Below are positions 13,027-24,338 of a stretch of 64,000 nucleotides of DNA, one piece after another. The notes beneath the pieces are model-generated. The model had not been told where the DNA came from, did not search any database, and saw nothing but the letters and a program-made list of their open reading frames with translations. Position 1 is the stretch's first letter; each line of letters begins with the position of its first letter. The stretch lies in the NCBI GenBank assembly GCA_010093605.1, contig MU004196.1, positions 828,606 to 892,605 on the forward strand, in the 5' to 3' direction. The DNA is from Lophium mytilinum. Taxonomy: Eukaryota. The translations under genes were made by a program, and so were the position numbers.

Positions 13027-14043
13027 ATGCTCCCGTGTCGAATTACAGTGCGGCCAAGCTCCCACTTGCTCACATCTCCCCGACATCTCCTTCTGCGCCC
13101 CCGCCAGCGAGCCTTCCATCCATCATCGTCTCGCCATGGCGGCGTTGTCGACCTACTTACAGGCAACGCCCATGTCCTTTACGATGGAATGCATTCTCTA
13201 GGCCTCCCTTGGGCTTGCGCAATTCCAGCAAGTGCGCTGTTTGTGCGAGTCGTTATCCTAGGCCCAATTTCCTACTGGGGACTCAAACTCAAACGACGGA
13301 GAGCCGATATCCAGCCCCTCGCGTCAGCTGCGACAACCATAGCTCTCAGAAACTTACACTCAGTAGCGACCAGGGAGGAACGAAGCAACATACCACTCTT
13401 GTACGGATCAATCAATAAATGGCAGGAACTAGCTATCAAAACCCAGCGTCACCGATGGAAAGCTAGCTTAACCTACGGCTTTGTCCCAGTCATCATGCAG
13501 CTTCCCGTCTTCTTGATCATGGCGGAAGCCCTTCGACAGAAACTTGCACTTGGCAGAGGCCTACTTGGGATGATAATCATTGGCATGGGCAATACTCTCC
13601 ATAACATATCTCATGCTGTCAGTGGCAAGGAAAGTCCCGCGTGGGAAGACACGATGATCAAAATCAAGGAGCATCAAATGGAGGACTCATTCTTCGAGCC
13701 CAGTCTCGCGGACGGAGGCATACTCTGGTTCCCAGACCTGACCGTCGCAGATCCGATACACTGCCTGCCCTTGGTCATATCTTTCCTTACCTTTTACAAC
13801 GTCTGGAGTGGATCACGAAATGCGGCGTCGTCAAGGCTGACTCGTCCATTGTTAGTGCTTGCTCTCTGCATGGGCCCGATACTCTGGGACGCCCCCGCTG
13901 CTCTACTGCTCTACTGGATAGGGAGCAACGTGTCTGCTTCAGTCGTTAATAAGGGCTTAGAATGGAAGTGGCCTGTGAGAATACCCCCGAAGGCATGCAA
14001 ACGGCCGCTATTGATACCACGTCGGAGGTTCAACTTGTCGTAA
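13027..14043 (+). CDS. Oxa1/YidC-family mitochondrial inner-membrane insertase (Cox18-like)
   Basis: Arg-rich presequence, GLPWACAIP, QLPVF, GGILWFPDLTVADP and PAALLLYW motifs. No Oxa1-type C-terminal ribosome-binding tail. Confidence 0.85.
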   Translation: MLPCRITVRPSSHLLTSPRHLLLRPRQRAFHPSSSRHGGVVDLLTGNAHVLYDGMHSLGLPWACAIPASALFVRVVILGPISYWGLKLKRRRADIQPLASAATTIALRNLHSVATREERSNIPLLYGSINKWQELAIKTQRHRWKASLTYGFVPVIMQLPVFLIMAEALRQKLALGRGLLGMIIIGMGNTLHNISHAVSGKESPAWEDTMIKIKEHQMEDSFFEPSLADGGILWFPDLTVADPIHCLPLVISFLTFYNVWSGSRNAASSRLTRPLLVLALCMGPILWDAPAALLLYWIGSNVSASVVNKGLEWKWPVRIPPKACKRPLLIPRRRFNLS

Positions 14044-14272
14044 TATAGCTTTGAGAATGCGTATAAAAACACAGATAGCGTGTGTGCCTCAAAGATAGGA
14101 GCTTAGATTCTGAACTGTGGATTAGTTGGGTGTCATTTCTCTGTCAAGAGAGCCTGCCACGCACGTCAAGATAATTACTTCAAAACGCCAACTTCACTCA
14201 ACAATCATCTCGAGATACAGAGTACCGGTACAGTGACTAACTATGGTAGACCATTAAAGACTGTCGTGCGTC

Positions 14273-15666
14273 CTACAATTCATCATGCTTTTGCGCAAGA
14301 TTCGTTTCATCCAGTCCATCCTCATCCACTTCAAATAAACCCTCTTCAAATGGCCTATCATCTGCGACTGGACCTGCTTTAATCTTTCCTTGCGCCATGT
14401 CCATGATCAATCCCTCGATTGCGGCCGCAGTGATCATCTTTCGCTGATCGAAGGGGAACACATCGTTGGTCCTTACGTCGTGGATGACAAATGCAGGAAA
14501 GATACCGGGGCGCAAGTCCATATTCGTAGCCATATGGCTATACTCAGCAGCATCAATGAGACCAAATGCCATGTATTGGCCATACTTCTTTGCGACGGGA
14601 GTGAGCTCACGCCGCAGGTCCACCTTGTCATCCTCACTATTTACGAAGATGTAGGCAATAGGTTTTCCGGCCTATTATGAGTTGTGTCAGTCCCTACATA
14701 GTGCGTAAGGCTTCCAAAGAACTCACGCTCATGTAAGTGTCGATGTTTCTCTTCGTGATCTCTCCAATCACCGACGGCGTTGCCATAGCGAGGAACTTCC
14801 CCAGGGAATCTTGGTCGAAGCGACCATTCAAGGCCGTGTTGTCGCCTTCACGAATCTTGAATACCGTCACGGACGGGACTGGAAGGCCGTCCACCTTCGC
14901 GAGCTGCGCCTCAGTCGCAATACCGAAGACGAAATCGTCGTGGTGTTCTCTGGCATATGTGCTGAAGGTGTCTATGAGCTCTGCATCTTCTGGATCGAGA
15001 TATGCGACGATGACAACACCGTCAATCTCTCGAAATTCTGCAATACTATCCTCATCCACATGGGTAACTGATGGTAGCTGCTCCTTAATCATGTATGAGA
15101 CGATCCTGGGCTAAATCAGTACTTGGAGTCAATTTCGTACGGGTACACATACGCTGGTGCTTTCCTAGGACCCCGATATGTGTTGCTCTCATTTGATCCG
15201 CGAAAGAGCCTCACAGCTGGATAGGCATTTACGTCGTACTCGCGACACAAGTTAAACTCCTGAGCGCAATCGATCATCACAAGAGGCGAAGTAAGGACTC
15301 TAGCAGCTTGTTCAAATTCATTATGAAACGAATCAGTAAGTTTTCTAGCAATGTCAGATATGAATAGAGACAATTCTAAAGTTTCAGTAGGACTTACACT
15401 GTTTTCTGCAGCACATAGCGAAAGCTTAGTGCCGTTTTAAACAAGGCGTTACAGAGTTAGACTTACGGAAGTAACTACAATCGGAAACCATTAGTGCAAA
15501 CTATCTTCAAAAGTACGTATCTTGTCGGACAAAGTTCTCACTCACAGGCTGCTAGCACTACTTCATTTTCGCGGATCATTCTCTGAAAATCGTTGGAAGA
15601 GAGATTCTCCACTGTCGAGCATAAAACCGAAATGGAGAACCATAATATCCCTATTATGAAAATCAT
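14273..15666 (-). CDS. Redox-inactive, truncated protein disulfide isomerase paralogue (a-b-b', HDEL)
   Basis: Signal peptide; thioredoxin a-domain signatures (IDCAQEFNLC, AYPAVRLFRG, YRGPRK..IVSYMIK); b and b' domains; acidic tail with HDEL. Two 8-nt micro-exons (15467-15474, 15398-15405). No CxxC motif. Confidence 0.85.
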
Positions 15667-16054
15667 TTTGGAAAGAAATTTAAGAAGTCGGCTAATATCG
15701 AGGCAGAGATTATGGCGAGGTGACGCTTTCTGGAGAGTCCAAAAGCGCAACGAGAAATGTACTGCGAAGTTGCTCTAGATGACCCGGGCGTTTGAAAGCT
15801 CGAAAATACCCGGTGGAGATCAAACCCCATATCCCTGCAGCTTGAGGTATCAGATGCGATGTCCAAAGCGTTTCATGTGCAACCCGAATGTTCCATCCCC
15901 TGCGCACCCCGTTGCGCTGTGAAGCGAGTCGAGTTTGAGAACCTACAAAAGTACATACGCGCCGAAATTGACACCCGATCCAGCATGATAAATTGCGAGC
16001 CTCCCCTAGTGACCTCATTAATCGCTGGAGGAAGTGGAAGCATCTTCATCCAAG

Positions 16055-16925
16055 ATGCCACAAACATGTAATGCAGGTCGCTCAGCGGTAGCAATAGTGC
16101 TCGCGACCATATTTTCTCTAATATGGCTTGCTGAAAGCGCGTCAGCAAAACACTCTGGATGCCCAGATCATGAATACAAAGTCCTGATCTTCTCGCAAGA
16201 CCCCTTGGTCATATACATCCCCAACTTCCTTACCACTGAAGAGGCAGACTATCTCGAGAGAACCACGTACGCACCCCTGGGATATAAGCCCCTCTCCTTA
16301 TTAACAACCTCCCAGCAAATCTAAATTCACCAAATCCGAAGTTGCCGACTCTCATGGCCACCAATTGAACGCCTCAACCCGCACTTCTCGCTCTACTAGT
16401 CTCGCCAGCGACCCTATCATCCGCTGCATCGAAGCCCGCGCCCTCTCCTTCCAAGGCTTCGACACCCCCCGCTCCCACCTCGAGCCCCTCCAGCTTGTCA
16501 CCTACGGCCTCGGCGAAGAGTATCACGCGCACACCGACTGGTTCGAAGCCGCCTCCCAAACCAGCGACGCATACGGCGGGAACCGGCAGTCCAGCTTCTT
16601 CGTCTACGTCGCAGCGAGCGGCGATATCACGGGCGGCGGAACGAATTTCCCGCTATTGGATGCGCCGGTGGACGACCGTTGGTGCAAATTTGTGAATTGT
16701 GATGAGCCGTGGGAGGCGGGGGTGACTTTCAGGCCTGTGCCGAGGAATGCGGTATTCTGGGTGAATTTGCTGAAGGATGGGAGGGGGGATAAGAGGGTGG
16801 TGCATGCGGGGTTGCCGGTGACGAGTGGAACGAAGTTGGGGATGAATATATGGACAAGGGAGAAGGCGCTGGATCGGGAGTTTAGGAGTGATAGTGCCGA
16901 TGATGAGGCATCTAGCGAGCTGTGA
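16055..16925 (+). CDS. Prolyl 4-hydroxylase alpha-type 2OG-Fe(II) dioxygenase, secretory pathway
   Basis: N-terminal hydrophobic signal/anchor; DPLVIYIPNFLTTEE, RTS, EPLQLVTY, HxD (HTD), GGGTNFP, HAGLPV..GTK..MNIW (third His and 2OG-binding Lys). Intron 16267-16315. Ends SSEL. Confidence 0.9.
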
Positions 16926-17726
16926 GGGGACTTGTTGAAGATAGGGAAATGACCAGCATGGGATACGGTACCAAAGAGAGCTGCATTCAAGATTCAATGA
17001 TGATAGGAAACGGAATGGGACGGCGTTTACATAGCAATTCTAATACGCGATATACTCTTTAAGGGAAAATTGACCACACCAAAGTCCGCTTCCGCTTTCG
17101 TATCTGAGCATACGATGGTTTAAAACTAAGCAGTGACTAGGCAACTTGAGTTCGTAGCTTTGCAGGTCCTAGCAGCCAAGTGTTCGGGCCACTTCCTTGT
17201 TCAGTGGCCTAATTCTTGACACATTGCCCAGTTCCTGGTACTAAGTGGCTAAGATTCAGGCCCCTAAGCTCGTTTATACTATTTCATATAGAAGTGATAG
17301 CAAAATAATCTTGATAAATGATGGAATCAACGCGGTCTTCATCACGTGTTGAGATGGTCTAAGCGGCGGCGTGGTGGGCTCTCGGGTGCTAAGAAAAGCC
17401 ACCGGTTTTGGCAGCCTCTTCTATCATACCTCATTTCCAAAGACTTCATGGTTTGTATAACTATCACCTTTTTCTTTGACCTATATAGCTTAAAATATAT
17501 CAAAATACGTATCTATATAGTAACACCCTTCAATTTTATAGAGTATCAATTATAATAATAAGAAGTAGTTGAGAAGAAAGTCTCAGAACTGGCGGCTTTC
17601 CTTGGTACCGTATACAGAGGCGGGGTAAGTCTCTCTTCCTTGGTTGTGTCCACAATCATACCCGCTGTTCGATTCTTTTGATATTCAAAACAGACGGAGT
17701 CTACCTCTGTTTACATTGCTATCGAC

Positions 17727-19605
17727 ATGGTTAGCATTTATCGACCACTTGATTCCTCTAAAAGGCAGCTCAGGACGCTTGAGCTGTACAAAGGACGAGG
17801 CAAAGACCGTATCAGATGTTCAAGTCATATTGTATCGCTCGAGACTATTCCAGCCCCGGAATACGAAACTGTCTCCTACAGCTGGGGGGATGCAAGCAAG
17901 CGTGCATCCATTGAGGTGGACGGTATACAGCTTGACGTACCTGCGACATCAGAAGCTGCTCTTCGCAGGTTACGTGTGCGTGATAGGAGCCGCACTATTT
18001 GGATTGACGCGATCTGCATTGATCAAGATGATGTTGTAGAGCGTGGTCAGCAAGTCTCGTTGATGGGAGACATATACCGCAGTTCGAAAAGGAACCTGGT
18101 CTATCTCGGTGAGGACGATAGGCATCTTAAAAAGGCACTAACCGCAGTTGATGTGATTCTAAATCAGGCAAGAAAGGAGACATATAACTTCAGAACACTT
18201 CGGTCGGCCTTGCATGGCCGAGAGAATATAAAGATGTGTCTTGCTGCTGATGAACCTCTGCCTCGATTCGACGTCCGCAGTCTTGAGTGGCTCTACAATC
18301 TGCCATGGTTTCGGTAAGACAGTCATGTATTTCCATGCTTTGAGGTCTTTACTGAGAAGATTCAGACGCCTATGGATTGTCCAAGAAGTAGCATTGGCAC
18401 CGACAAATCTTTGTCACTGTGAGGGTGCTGTCTTTGATCTCCTAAGCATCGCACGAGCTGCCGTGTGGGTCATGCTCAAAAGGACTTCAGCAAAATTCAC
18501 TATCAACGTGGACACATTTGCTCCTCCGGTTCACTTGTTCAATCTCATCGACAAAGAACACGGCGCCTGGAACTTACCTCATGCCAAAGGTTATGCAACT
18601 TTTGGGGATTTGCTTTTGACTTTCAGCATGAGATACGCGGTAACAGATCAACGGGATGCCATTTATGCCCTGACAGGTCTTATAGCCAAACCTGTTGCAC
18701 CTCCAACGCTGATCATGGACATGATACGGCCAGACTATACCAAATCACTCTGGGAGACTCTCCAGAATGGCACACGATATGCGCTGTACCAGAGCGCTGA
18801 ACTGAGCCTACTACGAACTGTCAAACACACTCATGATAACGAGGACTTCCCTGAAGAGCGAGCGTCATGGACAGTGCCAGCAATAAGAGGATCACAAGAC
18901 CACCTGGATTCTCCGTTGAGTCTGAAATTACTCAATGACTCTTTCAATTGCTGTGATAATCAGCCCTTGGATCTGAGCTTATTGGCGAGCCCATTGAACG
19001 GAGATCTGAGTATTCTGTCGCTGAGAGGTATTGTTGTCGACACCGTGGTGGGCACGACGGAAGTATTTCGGAAGGAAATGTTCATCCCTGAGGGCTTTTC
19101 AGATTTTGTTCGCCAGCTGCACTCAGTTCTCAATTTGCTCAGATGCGAAAGAGATTTCGATGGTATTCAACATGAGACGTATGAAGTTGTCAGGACACTC
19201 ATCGCCGGCTCTACGAAAGATTCCGAATTAGCGAGCTTTTCCTACGTCAATACCCTGACAGACATCCTGAGTCAACTTCTTTATGTGGGGGAGGACACGG
19301 ATATAGAGAAGATCAAGTCCTTGTACCAAAGAGGAGCTTTTCAAATCGCGGCAGTCAGGAGAGGTTCCAACGGTCGACGATTCTTTATAACAGATACTGG
19401 ATTCATAGGGGTTGGGCCACGAGTCACTCGAAAGGGAGATCTCGTCACAATCTTGTATGGCGGACCCGAGCCATTTATCTTACGGAAAGCAGGTGATTAC
19501 CATCGTTTCCTTGGCCAGGCATATGTTCATAGAATTATGGAAGGGTTGGATCTGGAGAGGAATTTAGGAGAAAGCTGGACAGAAGCCGTATTTCATATTC
19601 GATAG
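17727..19605 (+). CDS. HET-domain heterokaryon-incompatibility protein (HET-6-like)
   Basis: YETVSYSWG, IWIDAICIDQDD..ER..QVSLMGDIY, WFRRLWIVQE (across intron 18314-18365), and C-terminal GRRFFIT..G.IG.GP..GD.V.IL.GG..PFILR..G.AYVH.IM.G. Confidence 0.92.
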
Positions 19606-19757
19606 TTGCAAACGCAGGTAATCATCTGACGCAACGCTGTACTGGGTGACAACTTTGTTTTAGCTATTCCTCCGCCTACTTGAACTAGCCTCAATTCCAC
19701 CCTAACTACATTGCATTTAGTACCTAGATACCTAAATACCTCAACCACCCCCAGATC

Positions 19758-19775
19758 TGAGTCAGATTTGAGTCA
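19758..19775. promoter_or_regulatory. Tandem TGAGTCA (Gcn4/CpcA/AP-1-type) sites
   Basis: TGAGTCA at 19758 and 19769, 11 bp apart, about 400 bp upstream of the sulfotransferase-like gene. Motif match only. Confidence 0.3.
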
Positions 19776-20173
19776 GTACTTAACGTGCTTAGGCTTGCTC
19801 AGGCTGCCTCTTCGTCGATCTAAAAAGCGGCGGCTCCGGCTGTTCTACCTGAAGTCCTGCCGATAATATAGGCAATGTGCAATGCGCTATACACATTCGT
19901 CGGCCCGATATTAGCTTTCATAGTCTCGGGTCTCGAACTTTTACCCTATTTCATTTAATCACAGCCTGGTAAGCACTAGGGTATTGAGACATTGGTGTGC
20001 TGTTCGTCTCTTCAAATAAGCACTAGATATGAGTCCTTGCCATCATGACCTACATGCACACGAATCCCTATTGAACCCTGAAACGCTGCTCGAACTTCGT
20101 CAATTTTGAGTTTCCTTTAAACCCGCCGCAACGCCCTGTTGAAAAACTTTAGACATCAAGAGACATATCCACC

Positions 20174-21001
20174 ATGACTGCTCCCAATAACCAGTCTCCC
20201 TCCCAACGTACCGTCCCACTGCGCGTCCTTGTGCTCGGCCAATCGCGCACAGGCACCTCTTCAATGCGCGCAGCCCTAAAGATTCTCGGCCACAACGAGG
20301 TATTCCACTTCATGCACCTCTTCGAGAACCCACTCCAAACGCCTCAATGGGAGCGAGCCTTCAAGGCCAAGTTCGAGCCCGAAACCTCGCCACCATTCAC
20401 GAAATCCGATTGGGATTCACTGCTAGGTCACTGCTCCGCTCTGACGGACACGCCATGCCACATCTTCGCTGAAGAGCTAGTCGCAACGTACCCAGACGCG
20501 AAAGTCGTTCTGACGATGCGTGATAGCGTTGAGGCCTGGTATCGCTCGTACTCGACGACTATCTGGCCGTTTCTGAAGCACGATTATGTGACGCCGACAC
20601 TTTTCTGGCGCGCGGTTATGTGGTTGAGACCGAAGATGCCGTTTGGGTATCTCGATATTATGCACCGGTGCATGGTTAGATATACCAGCCTGGGTCGTAT
20701 ACCAGAGGAGGGCCGGCGGTACTACGAGGAGCGAAATGAAGCGATTCATCGGATAGTGCCGCAGGAGAACTTGCTGGTCTTCAATGTGAAGGAAGGGTGG
20801 GAACCACTGTGTCGATTCTTAGAGGTCGATGTGCCAGATGTTCCGTTTCCGCGGCTATTTGAAGCGGAACAGTTTGGAGAGCTTCAAGCAAGTTGGTTGC
20901 AAGACTCCGTCAGAGGAGCAGCGTGGAATTTGGCAAAGCTTCTCACGGTAGGCGGAGTCGGCGTTTGTGCTATTTGGTATCATGCGCAAAGGGGGGTTTA
21001 G
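20174..21001 (+). CDS. P-loop sulfotransferase-family protein with C-terminal TM
   Basis: VLVLGQSRTGTSSMRAALKILG, TDTP, YPDAKVVLTMR..EAW..S and LLVFNVKEGWEPLCRFL..PFP are typical of the fungal Sulfotransfer_4 family. Intronless. Confidence 0.85.
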   Translation: MTAPNNQSPSQRTVPLRVLVLGQSRTGTSSMRAALKILGHNEVFHFMHLFENPLQTPQWERAFKAKFEPETSPPFTKSDWDSLLGHCSALTDTPCHIFAEELVATYPDAKVVLTMRDSVEAWYRSYSTTIWPFLKHDYVTPTLFWRAVMWLRPKMPFGYLDIMHRCMVRYTSLGRIPEEGRRYYEERNEAIHRIVPQENLLVFNVKEGWEPLCRFLEVDVPDVPFPRLFEAEQFGELQASWLQDSVRGAAWNLAKLLTVGGVGVCAIWYHAQRGV

Positions 21002-21012
21002 TGTCCGCTTCT

Positions 21013-22616
21013 TTATAGAAGGATCGTAGCAACGCCTATGCTGATGGCGACCAAAACCGTAGTCCATATCCAAATACCACTAATGACGCTCGCGGAGCTT
21101 GGGGCAACTTTGCCTACGACTTGACTCTGGCCTCCAGCTGTTCCTGTCGCTGTGCATTGAGCACCGCAGGAGTATCCACTAAAAAGCAACACATTAGCTT
21201 CGCCTCACCAGCAGAACATAAGCGAGTTTGAGTCCACTTACTTTAGACAGCAATTACCTCCAAGATTGGCAGCACAGCTATACCAACCACTAGGACACGA
21301 GCCTCCCTGACCTTTGGCAGTCGTAGCTACGCTCGCGCCCGTAGGAGCTATGATCGTAACGCCGTCGCTCACGATGACGCTCACGCTCGCGGTCTGGATG
21401 CACGAGCCAGTAGTGTGGCAGTCCATGCCGACTCTGCAGCATCCGCTTGGATAGTACGCACTGCATACATAGAATCCGGTTGGGCAGACTGAGGGCCCCG
21501 TGACAGTTGTCGTTGTGACAGCGGAGCCGGAATCACTGGTCGGGCGAACAGGGGCTGAGGGAGCCATGCTGCTGCTTGTCTTGGTCTGCGTATCTGTTCC
21601 TGAGCATATGATCCCCGAACCGCATTGGCGTCCGTTCTGACAACAGCCGCCACCCAAGCTCGCTGGGCACGTGAACCACCCTGAGCTACACGTATAAATG
21701 GAAGACGATGCTGGAGAGGTCGGTACTACCACTATCGCGGTGCTTGTGGAGGAGGGCGTGGAAGAGGGCGCGGAAGAGATGACTGCAGACGAAGATCTGC
21801 TTGAGACAGCAGACGACGTGGGTGGTAATACAATGGCAGTAGACGTGGCAACCGCAATACCTATTCTATATGTTAGTGTCATCAGAATTTAAATCGAGTC
21901 TTGAATGACCTACATCCGACATCTTCACAGCTGTAACCAGGCAAGCAACAGCCACCGTTGGGGCTGTCAGGGCAGCTGGTATACCCATCCGCAGTATCGC
22001 ACGAGATGGCACCCACACAGTTCTGGCCTATCGGACAGCACCCGACAGGACCATAGCCGTTATCTGGAATCGTGATACATTCGCTGGTGGTGGAACAGCA
22101 GCTATCGGGCTGATTGATCGAGGAGCAATTGTTCGTTCCTTCGGGGCACTTGAATCCGCGATTCATGAGGAGGCTGCGTACAGCGAATCTCGCATACGGA
22201 TCGCGGAGATTCGTCTGTTTGGAATGTGGTCGTAGTGGTGAGAGAGGTTGGACGAGTGTGGAGCTGTTCGCATTTAGCTCTCCTAGCTCATCTGACTGCC
22301 TTCGCTGTGAAGCAGAATCCGGCTCGGCGCGCTCCATTATGGCCTTAGCTTCTTGATCGCCTTGGAATATCCAGTTGTCAAACATGAACATTTCCCCCTC
22401 ATCCGTGCTCATCTTCTTCACTCCAACAGGTGTTTCCCGCGCCAGCCGCTCCTGGATCCGCAGACCCCTTTTAACATGGACTTCATCCTCTGGAAAGTAC
22501 TTCATATGTTTCGGTAGGTTGTGCGGCCATTGTGTCTCTACTGCACCTAGAGAAGGGCATATCGTGAGGAGGAGAAGGGCGCTCGGGAGCGATAGGAGGT
22601 TGAATAATGTCGGCAT
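21013..22616 (-). CDS. Secreted/GPI-anchored Cys-rich protein
   Basis: Signal peptide, repeated CPxGxxxC...GGCC modules, S/T-rich linkers and a hydrophobic C-terminus. Three exons; stop at 21013-21015. Confidence 0.8.
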
Positions 22617-23007
22617 TGGAGATAATATGGGGGTTCTGGAATGCTGAATCTAGTGGGTATGTCGTACTAACACGCAGACACCCGCTCAAGTCAAGAGAAA
22701 ACGTGGTAGAAAAGATGGCTGGAAAGTAGGGCGGACTTCTCCGAAAGTGCTGGTGAATAAATGGCGAGGCTGGGGGTGCTGGCGCCACAACCCGGCGCGA
22801 GCGCAAAAACCACAAGGGACATGCTGAAATAACACGGTGAGATGCCAAATGGGTTCGTCGTATGGCTGGAGGATCCCCATTAATCTCGAGAGTGGAGTGT
22901 TGTCATCATACACGTAGGTTGCACATTGAGAGGTGGGGAAACGCTGCAGTTGGGCACGTGATGCACAAGGGGGTATATCTTGTTTCTATCGAACTCATCC
23001 TCATCTT

Positions 23008-23954
23008 TCAACCTCTCAAGTTCGCTGTGATTTTCTCAATGTCTTCGTCAGAAAACCCTAGATTCTTCTTCACGTAGCCTTTCATCCCGCCATATTTATC
23101 TTCCGCCATCTCCATCACGGCCTTGATATTCGTGCCCTTGATTTGCGAAAACTCATGCATGCCAGGCGTCTTCATGGTCCAGCTCTTGTTCCATTGCATC
23201 AACATTCCAAGCAAGGCCTCACGATGCGGCTCAATGCCTATGCGAGTCATTGCATAGTCATCCGCGATCTTGTCGACCGGGCACCCTGCTAGACCCATGA
23301 TGACAGCGGCCAGCACACCAGTACGGTCCTTACCAGCTAATAGCGGTCAGCCTTGCTTGAGCCAACTCATAATAACCTCCGAGAGGCAATGATAAACATT
23401 CGAAATCACCCGAACCAAATACTAGAGGCGTACTTGAACTTACCAGTGCAATGAAAAAGCACTCCGCCCTTCCCATCCCTTAAATGCTCTAGCGCCCTAC
23501 GAATACTCGGTCTATGTATATCCATGATCTCCTTGTAGATTTTCAGGTACGCCTTTCTCCCATCCTCCTCCACAAACTCATCCAGTTGAACCGGCCTTGG
23601 GGCCTCTGTGCTCGGAATTCTTACAACCTCGACACCATGGACGTCTGGCTCGGGAAGCATTCTTGTTTCGGTCTCCGAACGCAGATTTAAGGTGATGCCA
23701 AGATCGTTTGCTAGCATAGCTTTGCTCTCATCACTGAGGTTGCTAAGCCCGCCGGAGCGATAGACAAGGTTGCGGCGGATCTGAGGGGCCCCGTAAACAC
23801 CTAGGTCGCGGAGGTTGAGGACGCCTGGGATGAAGATGAAGGGATCTTTGGAGAGGACATCTTTGACGATGGCAACGTCGATTGGTTCGATGATGTCTTG
23901 GCTCACAAGGTCTTGGAGATCGTAACTAGGTGAAGATGTAGCCATGTTGTTCAT
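23008..23954 (-). CDS. Tyrosine/dual-specificity phosphatase (Y_phosphatase3 family)
   Basis: GVLNLRDLG, YRSG, P-loop FHCTAGKDRTGV split by one intron, and IADDYAMT. Confidence 0.88.
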
Positions 23955-24338
23955 TGAAGATACCAGGTCAAGGTGGGGCCAGCATTAAGCATGCATTTAT
24001 ATCTGCGAAGGCTGATATAGGACTGCGCCCGTGCTCTGCCAGTGCCTGAAATTCGAATCTTATCTGACTTATTCTTAGAAGCCATTGTATCTCGCATGCA
24101 ATTGTGGAATGCGGGGCATTAGTAGAATGCCGAGGCAGAGCTTTTTGATTTCCAGCAGAAAAAGATTGACGAGGCAATTTAGCCTTGCAAGCCTCACGCT
24201 TAAGGATCGGAAAATAGCGCGCTTATAGTAGCCTCTACACTATCTTCGCCGAGAGTTCTATCGTATCCAACCCGAGATAGTACATTCGAACCGAATATTT
24301 ACAAATCCAAGCACACCACTTAACGTCATCGTACAGCT

